DNA of 64,000 nucleotides, taken from Eledone cirrhosa (taxonomy: Eukaryota). This document shows, piece by piece, positions 27,901-42,900 of the stretch; position 1 is the stretch's first letter; each line of letters opens with the position of its first letter. The stretch is from NCBI GenBank assembly GCA_964016885.1, contig OZ024740.1, positions 319,982,001-320,046,000 on the forward strand, read 5' to 3'. Position numbers and translations under genes: made by a program. Below the pieces are notes generated by a model, which was not told where the DNA came from, made no database searches, and saw only the letters and a program-made list of their open reading frames with translations.

Positions 27901-30900
27901 TGATCATGATCGTAGGTTTACTGGTCACATGTACCCTAGGGCTAAACAACACTATTGATGGTCATGGCTGGTCTTAAAATAATCGCGATCGTAGGTTTAC
28001 TGGTCACAAGTAACCTAGGGCTAAACAATACTATTGATCGTCATGGCTGGTCTTAAAATGATCGTGATCGTAGGTTTAAAGGGTCACAACTTACCTATGG
28101 CTAAACAACACTATTGATGGTCATGGCTGGTCTTAAAATGATCGTGATCGTAGGTTTACTGGTCACAAATAACCTAGGGCTAAACAACACTATTGATGGT
28201 CATGGCTGGTCTTAAAATGATGGTGATCGTAGGTTTACTGGTCACAAGTAAACTAGGGCTAAACAACACTATTGATGGTCATGGCTGGTCTTAAAATGAA
28301 CGTCACTCTTAGGTTTACTAGTCACAAGTAACCTAGGGCGAAACAACACTATTGGTTGTCAATGCTGGTCTTAAAATGATCGTGATCGTAGGTTTACTGG
28401 TCACAAGTAACCTAAGGCTAAACAACACTAATGATGGCCATGGCTGGTCTTAAAATGGTTGTGATCCTAGGTTTACTGGTCACAAATAACCTAGGTCTAA
28501 ACAACACTATTGATGGTCTTGGCTGGTCTTAAAATGATCGTGATCGTAGGTTTAGCGGTGACAAGTAACCTAGGGCTAAACAACACTAATGATGGTCATG
28601 GCTGGTCTTAAAATGATCGTGATCGTAGGTTTACTGGTCACAAATAACCTAGCGCTAAACAACACTATTGATGGTCATCGCTGGTCTTAAAATGATCGTG
28701 ATCGTAGGTTTACTGGTCACAAGTAACCTAGGGCTAAACAACACTATTGATGTTCATGGCTGGTCTTAAAATGATCGTGATCATAGGTTTACTGGTCACA
28801 AGTAACCTAGGGTTAAACAACACTATTGATGGTCATGGCTGGTCTTAAAATGATGGTGATCGTAGGTTTACTGGTCACAAGTAACCTAGGGCTAAACAAC
28901 ACTATTGATGGTAGCCTAGTCTTAAAAGGATCGTGATCGTAGGTTTACTGGTCACAAGTAACCTAGGGCTAAAGAATACTATTGATGTTCATGGCTGGTC
29001 TTAAAATGATCGTGATCATAGGTTTACTGGTCACAAGTAACCTAGGGTTAAACAACACTAATAATGGTCATGGCTGGTCTTAAAATGATCGTGATCGTAG
29101 GTTTACTGGTCACAAATAACCTTGGGCTAAACAACAATATTGATGGTCATGGCTGGTCTTAAAATGTCGTGATCGTAGGTTTAAAGTGTCACAACTAACC
29201 TAGGGCTAAACAACACTGTTGATGATCATGGCTGGGCTTAAAATGATCGTGATCGTAGGTTTACAGGCCACAAGAACCCTAGGGCTAAACAACACTAATG
29301 AGCGTCATGGCTAGTCTTAAAATGATCTTGATCCTAGGTTTACTGGTCACAACTAACCTAGGGCTAAACAACACTATTGATGTTCATGGCTGGTCTTAAA
29401 ATGATTGTGATCATAGGTTTACTGGTCACAATAACCTAGGGCTAAACAACACTATTGATGTTCATGGCTGGTCTTAAAATGATCGTGATCGTAGGTTTAA
29501 AAGGTCACAACTAACCTAGGGCTAAACAACACTATTGATAGTCATCGCTGGTCTTAAAATGATCGTGATCATATGTTTAAAGGGTCACAACTAATCTAGG
29601 GCTAAACAACACTATTGATGGTCATCGCTGGTCTAAAAATGATCGTAGGTTTACTGGTCACAAGTAACCTAGGGCTAAACAACACTATTGATGTTCATCG
29701 CTGGTCTTAAAATGATCATGATCGTAGGTTTACTGGTCACATGTACCCTAGGGCTAAACAACACTATTGATGGTCATGGCTGGTCTTAAAATAATCGCGA
29801 TCGTAGGTTTACTGGTCACAAGTAACCTAGGGCTAAACAACACTAATGATGGTAATGGCAGGTCTTAAAATGATCGTGATCGTAGGTTTACTGGTCACAA
29901 ATAACTAGGGCTAAACAATACTATTGATCGTCGTGGCTGGTCTTAAAATGATCGTGATCGTAGGTTTAAAGGCTCACAAGTAACCTAGGGCTAAACAACA
30001 CTATTGATGGTCATGGCTGGTCTTAAAATGATCGTGATCGTAGGTTTACTGGTCACAAATAACCTAGGGCTAAACAACACTATTGATGGTCATGGCTGGT
30101 CTTAAAATGATGGTGATCGTAGGTTTACTGGTCACAAGTAACCTAGGGCTAAACAACACTATTGATGGTAGCCTAGTCTTAAAAGGATCGTGATCGTAGG
30201 TTTACTGGTCACAAGTAACCTAGGGCTAAACAATACTATTGATGGTCATGGCTGGTCTTAAAAGGATCGTGATCGTAGGTTTACTGGTCACAAGTAACCT
30301 AGGGCTAAACAATACTATTGATGGTCATGGCTGGTCTTAAAAGGATCGTGATCGTAGGTTTACTGGTCACAAGTAACCTAGGGCTAAACAACACTATTGA
30401 TAGTCATGGCTGGTCTTAAAATAATCGTGATCGTAGGTTTACTGGTCACAAATAACCTAGGGCTAAACATCACTATTGATGGTCATCGCTGGTCTTAAAA
30501 TGATCGTGATCTTATGTTTACTGGTCACAAGTAACCTAGGGCTAAACAACACTATTGATGGTGATGGCTGGTCTTAAAATGATCGTGATCGTAGGTTTAC
30601 TGGTCACGAGTAACCTAGGGCTAAACAACACCATTGATGGTCATGGCTGGTCTTAAAATGATCGTGATCGTAGATTTACTGGTCACAAGTAACCTAGGGC
30701 TAAACAACACTATTGATGGTCATGGCTGGTCTTAAAATGATCGTGATCGTAGGGTTACTGGTCACAAATAACCTAGGGCTAAACAACACTATTGATGGTC
30801 ATGGCTGGTCTTAAAATGATCGTGATCGTAGGTTTAAAGGGTCACAACTAACCTAGGGCTAAACAACACTATTGATGGTCATGGCAGGTCTTAAAATGAT

Positions 30901-33900
30901 GGTGATCGTAGGTTTACTGGTCACAAGTAAACTAGGGCTAAACAACACTATTGATGGTAGCCTAGTCTTAAAAGGATCCTGATCGTAGGTTTACTGGTCA
31001 CAAGTAACCTAGGGCTAAACAACACTTTTGATGGTAGGCTGATCTTAAAAGGATCGTGATCGTAGGTTTACTGGTCACAAGTAACCTAGGGCTAAACAAT
31101 ACTATTGATGGTAATGGCTGGTTTTAAAAGGATCGTGATCGTAGGTTTACTGGTCACAACTAACCTAGGGCTAAACAATACTATTGATGGTGATGGCTGG
31201 TCTTAAAATGATCGTGATCGTAGGTTTACTGGTAACAAGTAACCTAGGGCTAAACAATACTATTGATGGTCATCGCTGGTCTTAAAAGGATCGTGATCGT
31301 AGGTTTACTGGTCACATGTAACCTAGGGCTAAACAATACTATTGATGGTGATGGCTGGTCTTAAAATGATCGTGATCGTAGGTTTACTGGTCACAAATAA
31401 CCTAGGGCTACACAACACTATTGATGGTCATGGCTGGTCTTAAAATGATCGTGATCGTATGTTTACTGGTCACAAGTAACCTAGGGCTAAACAACACTAT
31501 TGATGGTGATGGCTGGTCTTAAAATGCTCGTGATCGTAGGTTTACTGGTCACAAGTAACCTAGGGCTAAACAATACTATTGATGTTCATGGCTGGTCTTA
31601 AAATGATCGTGATCATAGGTTTACTGGTCACAAGTAACCTAGGGTTAAACAACACTAATGATGGTCATGGCTGGTCTTAAAATGATCGTGATCGTAGGTT
31701 TACTGTTCACAAATAACCTTGGGCTAAACAACAATATTGATGGTCATGGCTGGTCTTAAAATGTCGTGATCGTAGGTTTAAAGTGTCACAACTAACCTAG
31801 GGCTAAACAACACTGTTGATGATCATGGCTGGGTTTAAAATGATCGTGATCGTAGGTTTACTGGCCACAAGAACCCTAGGGCTAAACAACACTAATGATG
31901 GTCATGGCTGGTCTTAAAATGATCTTGATCCTAGGTTTACTGGTCACAACTAACCTAGGGCTAAACAACACTATTGATGTTCATGGCTGGTCTTAAAATG
32001 ATCGTGATCATATGTTTAAAGGGTCACAACTAATCTAGGGCTAAACAACACTATTGATGGTCATGGCTGGTCTTAAAATGATCGTGATCATATGTTTAAA
32101 GGGTCACAACTAATCTAGGGCTAAACAACACTATTGATGGTCATGGCTGGTCTTAAAAGGATCGTGATCGTAGGTTTAAAAGGTCACAACTAACCTAGGG
32201 CTAAACAACACTATTGATAGACATCGCTGGTCTTAAAATGATCGTGATCATATGTTTAAAGGGTCACAACTAATCTAGGGCTAAACAACACTATTGATGG
32301 TCATGGCTGGTCTTAAAAGGATCGTGATCGTAGGTTTACTGGTCACAAGTAACCTAGGGCTAAACAACACTATTGATGGTCATGGCTGGTCTTAAAATGA
32401 TCGTGATCGTAGGTTTACTGGTCACAAATAACCTAGGGCTAAACAACACTATTGATGGTCATCGCTGGTCTTAAAATGATCGTGATCTTATGTTTACTGG
32501 TCACAAGTAACCTAGGGCTAAACAACACTATTGATGGTGATGGCTGGTCTTAAAATGATCGTGATCGTAGGTTTACTGGTCACAAGTAACCTAGGGCTAA
32601 ACAACACCATTGATGGTCATGGCTGGTCTTAAAATGATCGTGATCGTAGATTTACTGGTCACAAGTAACCTAGGGCTAAACAACACTATTGATGGTCATG
32701 GCTGGTCTTAAAATGATCGTGATCGTAGGGTTGCTGGTCACAAATAACCTAGGGCTAAAAAACACTATTGATGGTCATGGCTGGTCTTAAAATGATCGTG
32801 ATCGTAGGTTTAAAGGGTCACAACTAACCTAGGGCTAAACAACACTATTGATGGTCATGGCTGGTCTTAAAATGATCGTGATCGTAGGTTTAAAGGGTCA
32901 CAACTAACCTAGGGCTAAACAACACTATTGATGGTCATGGCAGGTCTTAAAATGATGGTGATCGTAGGTTTACTGGTCACAAGTAACCTAGGGCTAAACA
33001 ACACTATTGATGGTAGCCTAGTCTTAAAAGGATCCTGATCGTAGGTTTACTGGTCACAAGTAACCTAGGGCTAAACAACACTATTGATGGTAGGCTGATC
33101 TTAAAAGGATCGTGATCGTAGGTTTACTGGTCACAAGAAACCTAGGGCTAAACAATACTATTGATGGTAATGGCTGGTTTTAAAAGGATCGTGATCGTAG
33201 GTTTACTGGTCACAACTAACCTAGGGCTAAACAATACTATTGATGGTCATGGCTGGTCTTAAAAGCATCGTGATCGTAGGTTTACTAGTCACAAATAACC
33301 TAGGGCTACACAACACTATTGATGGTCATCGCTTGTCTTAAAATGATCGTGATCTTATGTTTACTGGTCACAAGTAACCTAGGGCTAAACAACACTATTG
33401 ATGGTGATGGCTGGTCTTAAAATGATCGTGATCGTAGGTTTACTGGTCACAAGTAACCTAGGGCTAAACAACACTATTGATGGTAGTTTGATCTTAAAAG
33501 GATCGTGATCGTAGGTTTACTGGTCACAAGTAACCTAGGGCTAAACAATACTATTGATGGTCATGGCTGGTCTTAAAAGCATCGTGATCGTAGGTTTACT
33601 AGTCACAAATAACCTAGGGCTACACAACACTATTGATGGTCATCGCTTGTCTTAAAATGATCGTGATCTTATGTTTACTGGTCACAAGTAACCTAGGGCT
33701 AAACAACACTATTGATGGTGATGGCTGGTCTTAAAATGATCGTGATCGTAGGTTTACTGGTCACAAGTAACCTAGGGCTAAACAACACTATTGATGGTAG
33801 GTTGATCTTAAAAGGATCGTGATCGTAGGTTTACTGGTCACAAGTAACCTAGGGCTAAACAACACTATTGATGGTAGGTTGATCTTAAAAGGATCGTGAT

Positions 33901-36900
33901 CGTAGGTTTACTGGTCACAAGTAACCTAGGGCTAATCAACACTATTGATGGTAGCCTGGTTTTAAAAGGATCGTGATCGTAGGTTTACTGGTAACAAGTA
34001 ACCTAGGGCTAAACAATACTATTGATGGTCATCGCTGGTCTTAAAAGGATCGTAGGTTTACTGGTCACAAGTAACCTAGGGCTAAACAACACTATTGATG
34101 GTAGCCTGGTTTTAAAAGGATCGTGATCGTAGGTTTACTGGTAACAAGTAACCTAGGGCTAAACAACACTATTGATGGTCATGGCTGGTCTTAAAATGAT
34201 CGTAGGTTTACTGGTTACAAGTAACCTAGGGCTAAACAACACTATTGATGGTAGCCTAGTCTTAAAAGGATCGTGATCGTAGGTTTACTGGTCACAAGTA
34301 ACCTAGGGCTAAACAATACTATTGATGGTCATGGCTGGTCTTAAAAGGATCGTGATCGTAGGTTTACTGGTCACAAGTAACCTAGGGCTAAACAATACTA
34401 TTGATGGTCATGGCTGGTCTTAAAAGGATCGTGATCGTAGGTTTACTGGTCACAAGTAACCTAGGGCTAAACAACACTATTGATAGTCATGGCTGGTCTT
34501 AAAATAATCGTGATCGTAGGTTTACTGGTCACAAATAACCTAGGGCTAAACATCACTATTGATGGTCATCGCTGGTCTTAAAATGATCGTGATCTTATGT
34601 TTACTGGTCACAAGTAACCTAGGGCTAAACAACACTATTGATGGTGATGGCTGGTCTTAAAATGATCGTGATCGTAGGTTTACTGGTCACGAGTAACCTA
34701 GGGCTAAACAACACCATTGATGGTCATGGCTGGTCTTAAAATGATCGTGATCGTAGATTTACTGGTCACAAGTAACCTAGGGCTAAACAATACTATTGAT
34801 GGTCATGGCTGGTCTTAAAAGGATCGTGATCGTAGGTTTACTGGTCACAAGTAACCTAGGGCTAAACAACACTATTGATAGTCATGGCTGGTCTTAAAAT
34901 AATCGTGATCGTAGGTTTACTGGTCACAAATAACCTAGGGCTAAACATCACTATTGATGGTCATCGCTGGTCTTAAAATGATCGTGATCTTATGTTTACT
35001 GGTCACAAGTAACCTAGGGCTAAACAACACTATTGATGGTGATGGCTGGTCTTAAAATGATCGTGATCGTAGGTTTACTGGTCACGAGTAACCTAGGGCT
35101 AAACAACACCAGTGATGGTCATGGCTGGTCTTAAAATGATCGTGATCGTAGATTTACTGGTCACAAGTAACCTAGGGCTAAACAACACTATTGATGGTCA
35201 TGGCTGGTCTTAAAATGATCGTGATCGTAGGGTTACTGGTCACAAATAACCTAGGGCTAAACAACACTATTGATGGTCATGGCTGGTCTTAAAATGATCG
35301 TGATCGTAGGTTTAAAGGGTCACAACTAACCTAGGGCTAAACAACACTATTGATGGTCATGGCAGGTCTTAAAATGATGGTGATCGTAGGTTTACTGGTC
35401 ACAAGTAAACTAGGGCTAAACAACACTATTGATGGTAGCCTAGTCTTAAAAGGATCCTGATCGTAGGTTTACTGGTCACAAGTAACCTAGGGCTAAACAA
35501 CACTTTTGATGGTAGGCTGATCTTAAAAGGATCGTGATCGTAGGTTTACTGGTCACAAGTAACCTAGGGCTAAACAATACTATTGATGGTAATGGCTGGT
35601 TTAAAAAGGATCGTGATCGTAGGTTTACTGGTCACAACTAACCTAGGGCTAAACAATACTATTGATGGTGATGGCTGGTCTTAAAATGATCGTGATCGTA
35701 GGTTTACTGGTAACAAGTAACCTAGGGCTAAACAATACTATTGATGGTCATCGCTGGTCTTAAAAGGATCGTGATCGTAGGTTTACTGGTCACATGTAAC
35801 CTAGGGCTAAACAATACTATTGATGGTGATGGCTGGTCTTAAAATGATCGTGATCGTAGGTTTACTGGTCACAAATAACCTAGGGCTACACAACACTATT
35901 GATGGTCATGGCTGGTCTTAAAATGATCGTGATCGTATGTTTACTGGTCACAAGTAACCTAGGGCTAAACAACACTATTGATGGTGATGGCTGGTCTTAA
36001 AATGCTCGTGATCGTAGGTTTACTGGTCACAAGTAACCTAGGGCTAAACAATACTATTGATGTTCATGGCTGGTCTTAAAATGATCGTGATCATAGGTTT
36101 ACTGGTCACAAGTAACCTAGGGTTAAACAACACTAATGATGGTCATGGCTGGTCTTAAAATGATCGTGATCGTAGGTTTACTGGTCACAAATAACCTTGG
36201 GCTAAACAACAATATTGATGGTCATGGCTGGTCTTAAAATGTCGTGATCGTAGGTTTAAAGTGTCACAACTAACCTAGGGCTAAACAACACTGTTGATGA
36301 TCATGGCTGGGTTTAAAATGATCGTGATCGTAGGTTTACTGGCCACAAGAACCCTAGGGCTAAACAACACTAATGATGGTCATGGCTGGTCTTAAAATAA
36401 TCTTGATCCTAGGTTTACTGGTCACAACTAACCTAGGGCTAAACAACACTATTGATGTTCATGGCTGGTCTTAAAATGATCGTGATCGTAGGTTTAAAAG
36501 GTCACAACTAACCTAGGGCTAAACAACACTATTGATAGACATCGCTGGTCTTAAAATGATCGTGATCATATGTTTAAAGGGTCACAACTAATCTAGGGCT
36601 AAACAACACTATTGATGGTCATGGCTGGTCTTAAAAGGATCGTGATCGTAGGTTTACTGGTCACAAGTAACCTAGGGCTAAACAACACTATTGATGGTCA
36701 TGGCTGGTCTTAAAATGATCGTGATCGTAGGTTTACTGGTCACAAATAACCTAGGGCTAAACAACACTATTGATGGTCATCGCTGGTCTTAAAATGATCG
36801 TGATCTTATGTTTACTGGTCACAAGTAACCTAGGGCTAAACAACACTATTGATGGTGATGGCTGGTCTTAAAATGATCGTGATCGTAGGTTTACTGGTCA

Positions 36901-39900
36901 CAAGTAACCTAGGGCTAAACAACACCATTGATGGTCATGGCTGGTCTTAAAATGATCGTGATCGTAGATTTACTGGTCACAAGTAACCTAGGGCTAAACA
37001 ACACTATTGATGGTCATGGCTGGTCTTAAAATGATCGTGATCGTAGGGTTGCTGGTCACAAATAACCTAGGGCTAAACAACACTATTGATGGTCATGGCT
37101 GGTCTTAAAATGATCGTGATCGTAGGTTTAAAGGGTCACAGCTAACCTAGGGCTAAACAACACTATTGATGGTCATGGCTGGTCTTAAAATGATCGTGAT
37201 CGTAGGTTTAAAGGGTCACAACTAACCTAGGGCTAAACAACACTATTGATGGTCATGGCAGGTCTTAAAATGATGGTGATCGTAGGTTTACTGGTCACAA
37301 GTAACCTAGGGCTAAACAACACTATTGATGGTAGCCTAGTCTTAAAAGGATCCTGATCGTAGGTTTACTGGTCACAAGTAACCTAGGGCTAAACAACACT
37401 ATTGATGGTAGGCTGATCTTAAAAGGATCGTGATCGTAGGTTTACTGGTCACAAGTAACCTAGGGCTAAACAATACTATTGATGGTAATGGCTGGTTTTA
37501 AAAGGATCGTGATCGTAGGTTTACTGGTCACAACTAACCTAGGGCTAAACAATACTATTGATGGTCATGGCTGGTCTTAAAAGCATCGTGATCGTAGGTT
37601 TACTAGTCACAAATAACCTAGGGCTACACAACACTATTGATGGTCATCGCTTGTCTTAAAATGATCGTGATCTTATGTTTACTGGTCACAAGTAACCTAG
37701 GGCTAAACAACACTATTGATGGTGATGGCTGGTCTTAAAATGATCGTGATCGTAGGTTTACTGGTCACAAGTAACCTAGGGCTAAACAACACTATTGATG
37801 TTAGGCTGATCTTAAAAGGATCGTGATCGTAGGTTTACTGGTCACAAGTAACCTAGGGCTAAACAATACTATTGATGGTAATGGCTGGTTTTAAAAGGAT
37901 CGTGATCGTAGGTTTACTGGTAACAAGTAACCTAGGGCTAAACAATACTATTGATGGTCATCGCTGGTCTTAAAAGGATCGTGATCGTAGGTTTACTGGT
38001 CACAAGTAACCTAGGGCTAAACAACACTATTGATGGTAGCCTAGTCTTAAAAGGATCGTGATCGTAGGTTTACTGGTCACAAGTAACCTAGGGCTAAACA
38101 ATACTATTGATGGTAATGGCTGGTCTTAAAAGGATCGTGATCGTAGGTTTACTGGTCACAAGTAACCTAGGGCTAAACAATACTATTGATGGTCATGGCT
38201 GGTCTTAAAAGGATCGTGATCGTAGGTTTACTGGTCACAAGTAACCTAGGGCTAAACAACACTATTGATAGTCATGGCTGGTCTTAAAATAATCGTGATC
38301 GTAGGTTTACTGGTCACAAATAACCTAGGGCTAAACATCACTATTGATGGTCATCGCTGGTCTTAAAATGATCGTGATCTTATGTTTACTGGTCACAAGT
38401 AACCTAGGGCTAAACAACACTATTGATGGTGATGGCTGGTCTTAAAATGATCGTGATCGTAGGTTTACTGGTCACGAGTAACCTAGGGCTAAACAACACC
38501 ATTGATGGTCATGGCTGGTCTTAAAATGATCGTGATCGTAGATTTACTGGTCACAAGTAACCTAGGGCTAAACAACACTATTTATGGTCATGGCTGGTCT
38601 TAAAATGATCGTGATCGTAGGGTTACTGGTCACAAATAACCTAGGGCTAAACAACACTATTGATGGTCATGGCTGGTCTTAAAATGATCGTGATCGTAGG
38701 TTTAAAGGGTCACAACTAACCTAGGGCTAAACAACACTATTGATGGTCATGGCAGGTCTTAAAATGATGGTGATCGTAGGTTTACTGGTCACAAGTAAAC
38801 TAGGGCTAAACAACACTATTGATGGTAGCCTAGTCTTAAAAGGATCCTGATCGTAGGTTTACTGGTCACAAGTAACCTAGGGCTAAACAACACTTTTGAT
38901 GGTAGGCTGATCTTAAAAGGATCGTGATCGTAGGTTTACTGGTCACAAGTAACCTAGGGCTAAACAATACTATTGATGGTAATGGCTGGTTTTAAAAGGA
39001 TCGTGATCGTAGGTTTACTGGTCACAACTAACCTAGGGCTAAACAATACTATTGATGGTGATGGCTGGTCTTAAAATGATCGTGATCGTAGGTTTACTGG
39101 TAACAAGTAACCTAGGGCTAAACAATACTATTGATGGTCATCGCTGGTCTTAAAAGGATCGTGATCGTAGGTTTACTGGTCACATGTAACCTAGGGCTAA
39201 ACAATACTATTGATGGTGATGGCTGGTCTTAAAATGATCGTGATCGTAGGTTTACTGGTCACAAATAACCTAGGGCTACACAACACTATTGATGGTCATG
39301 GCTGGTCTTAAAATGATCGTGATCGTATGTTTACTGGTCACAAGTAACCTAGGGCTAAACAACACTATTGATGGTGATGGCTGGTCTTAAAATGCTCGTG
39401 ATCGTAGGTTTACTGGTCACAAGTAACCTAGGGCTAAACAATACTATTGATGTTCATGGCTGGTCTTAAAATGATCGTGATCATAGGTTTACTGGTCACA
39501 AGTAACCTAGGGTTAAACAACACTAATGATGGTCATGGCTGGTCTTAAAATGATCGTGATCGTAGGTTTACTGGTCACAAATAACCTTGGGCTAAACAAC
39601 AATATTGATGGTCATGGCTGGTCTTAAAATGTCGTGATCGTAGGTTTAAAGTGTCACAACTAACCTAGGGCTAAACAACACTGTTGATGATCATGGCTGG
39701 GTTTAAAATGATCGTGATCGTAGGTTTACTGGCCACAAGAACCCTAGGGCTAAACAACACTAATGATGGTCATGGCTGGTCTTAAAATGATCTTGATCCT
39801 AGGTTTACTGGTCACAACTAACCTAGGGCTAAACAACACTATTGATGTTCATGGCTGGTCTTAAAATGATCGTGATCGTAGGTTTAAAAGGTCACAACTA

Positions 39901-42900
39901 ACCTAGGGCTAAACAACACTATTGATAGACATCGCTGGTCTTAAAATGATCGTGATCATATGTTTAAAGGGTCACAACTAATCTAGGGCTAAACAACACT
40001 ATTGATGGTCATGGCTGGTCTTAAAAGGATCGTGATCGTAGGTTTACTGGTCACAAGTAACCTAGGGCTAAACAACACTATTGATGGTCATGGCTGGTCT
40101 TAAAATGATCGTGATCGTAGGTTTACTGGTCACAAATAACCTAGGGCTAAACAACACTATTAATGGTCAACGCTGGTCTTAAAATGATCGTGATCTTATG
40201 TTTACTGGTCACAAGTAACCTAGGGCTAAACAACACTATTGATGGTGATGGCTGGTCTTAAAATGATCGTGATCGTAGGTTTACTGGTCACAAGTAACCT
40301 AGGGCTAAACAACACCATTGATGGTCATGGCTGGTCTTAAAATGATCGTGATCGTAGATTTACTGGTCACAAGTAACCTAGGGCTAAACAACACTATTGA
40401 TGGTCATGGCTGGTCTTAAAATGATCGTGATCGTAGGGTTGCTGGTCACAAATAACCTAGGGCTAAACAACACTATTGATGGTCATGGCTGGTCTTAAAA
40501 TGATCGTGATCGTAGGTTTAAAGGGTCACAACTAACCTAGGGCTAAACAACACTATTGATGGTCATGGCTGGTCTTAAAATGATCGTGATCGTAGGTTTA
40601 AAGGGTCACAACTAACCTAGGGCTAAACAACACTATTGATGGTCATGGCAGGTCTTAAAATGATGGTGATCGTAGGTTTACTGGTCACAAGTAACCTAGG
40701 GCTAAACAACACTATTGATGGTAGCCTAGTCTTAAAAGGATCCTGATCGTAGGTTTACTGGTCACAAGTAACCTAGGGCTAAACAACACTATTGATGGTA
40801 GGCTGATCTTAAAAGGATCGTGATCGTAGGTTTACTGGTCGCAAGTAACCTAGGGCTAAACAATACTATTGATGGTAATGGCTGGTTTTAAAAGGATCGT
40901 GATCGTAGGTTTACTGGTCACAACTAACCTAGGGCTAAACAATACTATTGATGGTCATGGCTGGTCTTAAAAGCATCGTGATCGTAGGTTTACTAGTCAC
41001 AAATAACCTAGGGCTACACAACACTATTGATGGTCATCGCTTGTCTTAAAATGATCGTGATCTTATGTTTACTGGTCACAAGTAACCTAGGGCTAAACAA
41101 CACTATTGATGGTGATGGCTGGTCTTAAAATGATCGTGATCGTAGGTTTACTGGTCACAAGTAACCTAGGGCTAAACAACACTATTGATGGTAGGCTGAT
41201 CTTAAAAGGATCGTGATCGTAGGTTTACTGGTCACAAGTAACCTAGGGCTAAACAATACTATTGATGGTAATGGCTGGTTTTAAAAGGATCGTGATCGTA
41301 GGTTTACTGGTAACAAGTAACCTAGGGCTAAACAATACTATTGATGGTCATCGCTGGTCTTAAAAGGATCGTGATCGTAGGTTTACTGGTCACATGTAAC
41401 CTAGGGCTAAACAATACTATTGATGGTGATGGCTGGTCTTAAAATGATCGTGATCGTAGGTTTACTGGTCACAAATAACCTAGGGCTACACAACCCTATT
41501 GATTCTCATGGCTGGTCTTAAAATGATCGTGATCGTATGTTTACTGGTCACAAGTAACCTAGGACTAAACAACACTATTGATGGTGATGGCTGGTCTTAA
41601 AATGCTCGTGATCGTAGGTTTACTGGTCACAAGTAACCTAGGGCTAAACAACACTATTGATGGTAATGGCTGGTCTTAAAATGCTCGTGATCGTAGGTTT
41701 ACTGGTCACAAGTAACCTAGGGCTAAACAATACTATGGATGGTCATGGCTGGTCTTAAAATGATCGTGATCGTAGGTTTACTGGTCACAAATAACCTAGG
41801 GCTACACAACACTATTGATGGTCACGGCTGGTCTTAAAATGATCGTCAATCGTAGGTTTACTGGTCACAAGTAACCTAGGGCGAAACAACACTAATGATG
41901 GTCATGGCTGGTCTTAAAATTATCGTGATCGTAGGTTTACTGGTCACAAGTAACCTTGGGCTAAACAACACTATTGATGTTCATGGCTGGTCTTAAAATG
42001 ATCGTGATCGTAGGTTTACTGGTCCCAAGTAACCTAGGACTAAACAACACTAATGATGGTCATGGCTGGTCTTAAAATGATCGTCAATCGTAGGTTTACT
42101 GGTCACAAGTAACCTAGGGCGAAACAACACTATTGATGGTCATTGCTGGTCTTAAAATATTCGTGATCGTAGGTTTACTCGTCACAATTAACCTAGGGCT
42201 AAACAACACTATTGATGGTCATGGCTGGTCTTAAAATGATCGTAATCGTAGGTTTACTGGTCGCAAGTAGCCTAGGGCTAATCAACACTATTGATGGCCA
42301 TCGCTGGTCTTAAAATGATCGTGATCGTAGGCTTACTGGTCACAAGTAACCTAGGGCTAAACAACACAATTGATGGTCATGGCTGGTCTTAAAATGATAG
42401 TAATCGTAGGTTTACTGGTCACAAGTAACCTAGGGCTAATCAACACTATTGATGGCCATCGCTGGTCTTTAAATGATCGTGATCGTAGGCTTACTGGTCA
42501 CAAGTAGCCTATGGCTAAACAACACTATTGATGGTCATGGCTGATCTTAAAATGATCGCGATCGTAGGTTTACTGGTCACAAGTAACCTAGGGCTAAACA
42601 ACACTATTGATGGTCATGGCTGGTCTTAAAATGATCGTGATCGTAGGTTTACTGGTCACAAATAACCTAGGGCTAAACAACACTATTGATGGTCATGGCT
42701 GGTCTTAAAATGATCGTGACCGTAGGTTTAAAGGGTCACAACTAACCTAGGGCTAAACAACACTATTGATGGTCATGGCTGGTCTTAAAATTATTGTGAT
42801 CGTAGGTTTACTGGTCACAAGTAACCTAGGGCTAAACAATACTATTGATGGTCATGGCTGGTCTTAAAAGGATCGTGATCGTAGGTTTACTGGTCACAAG

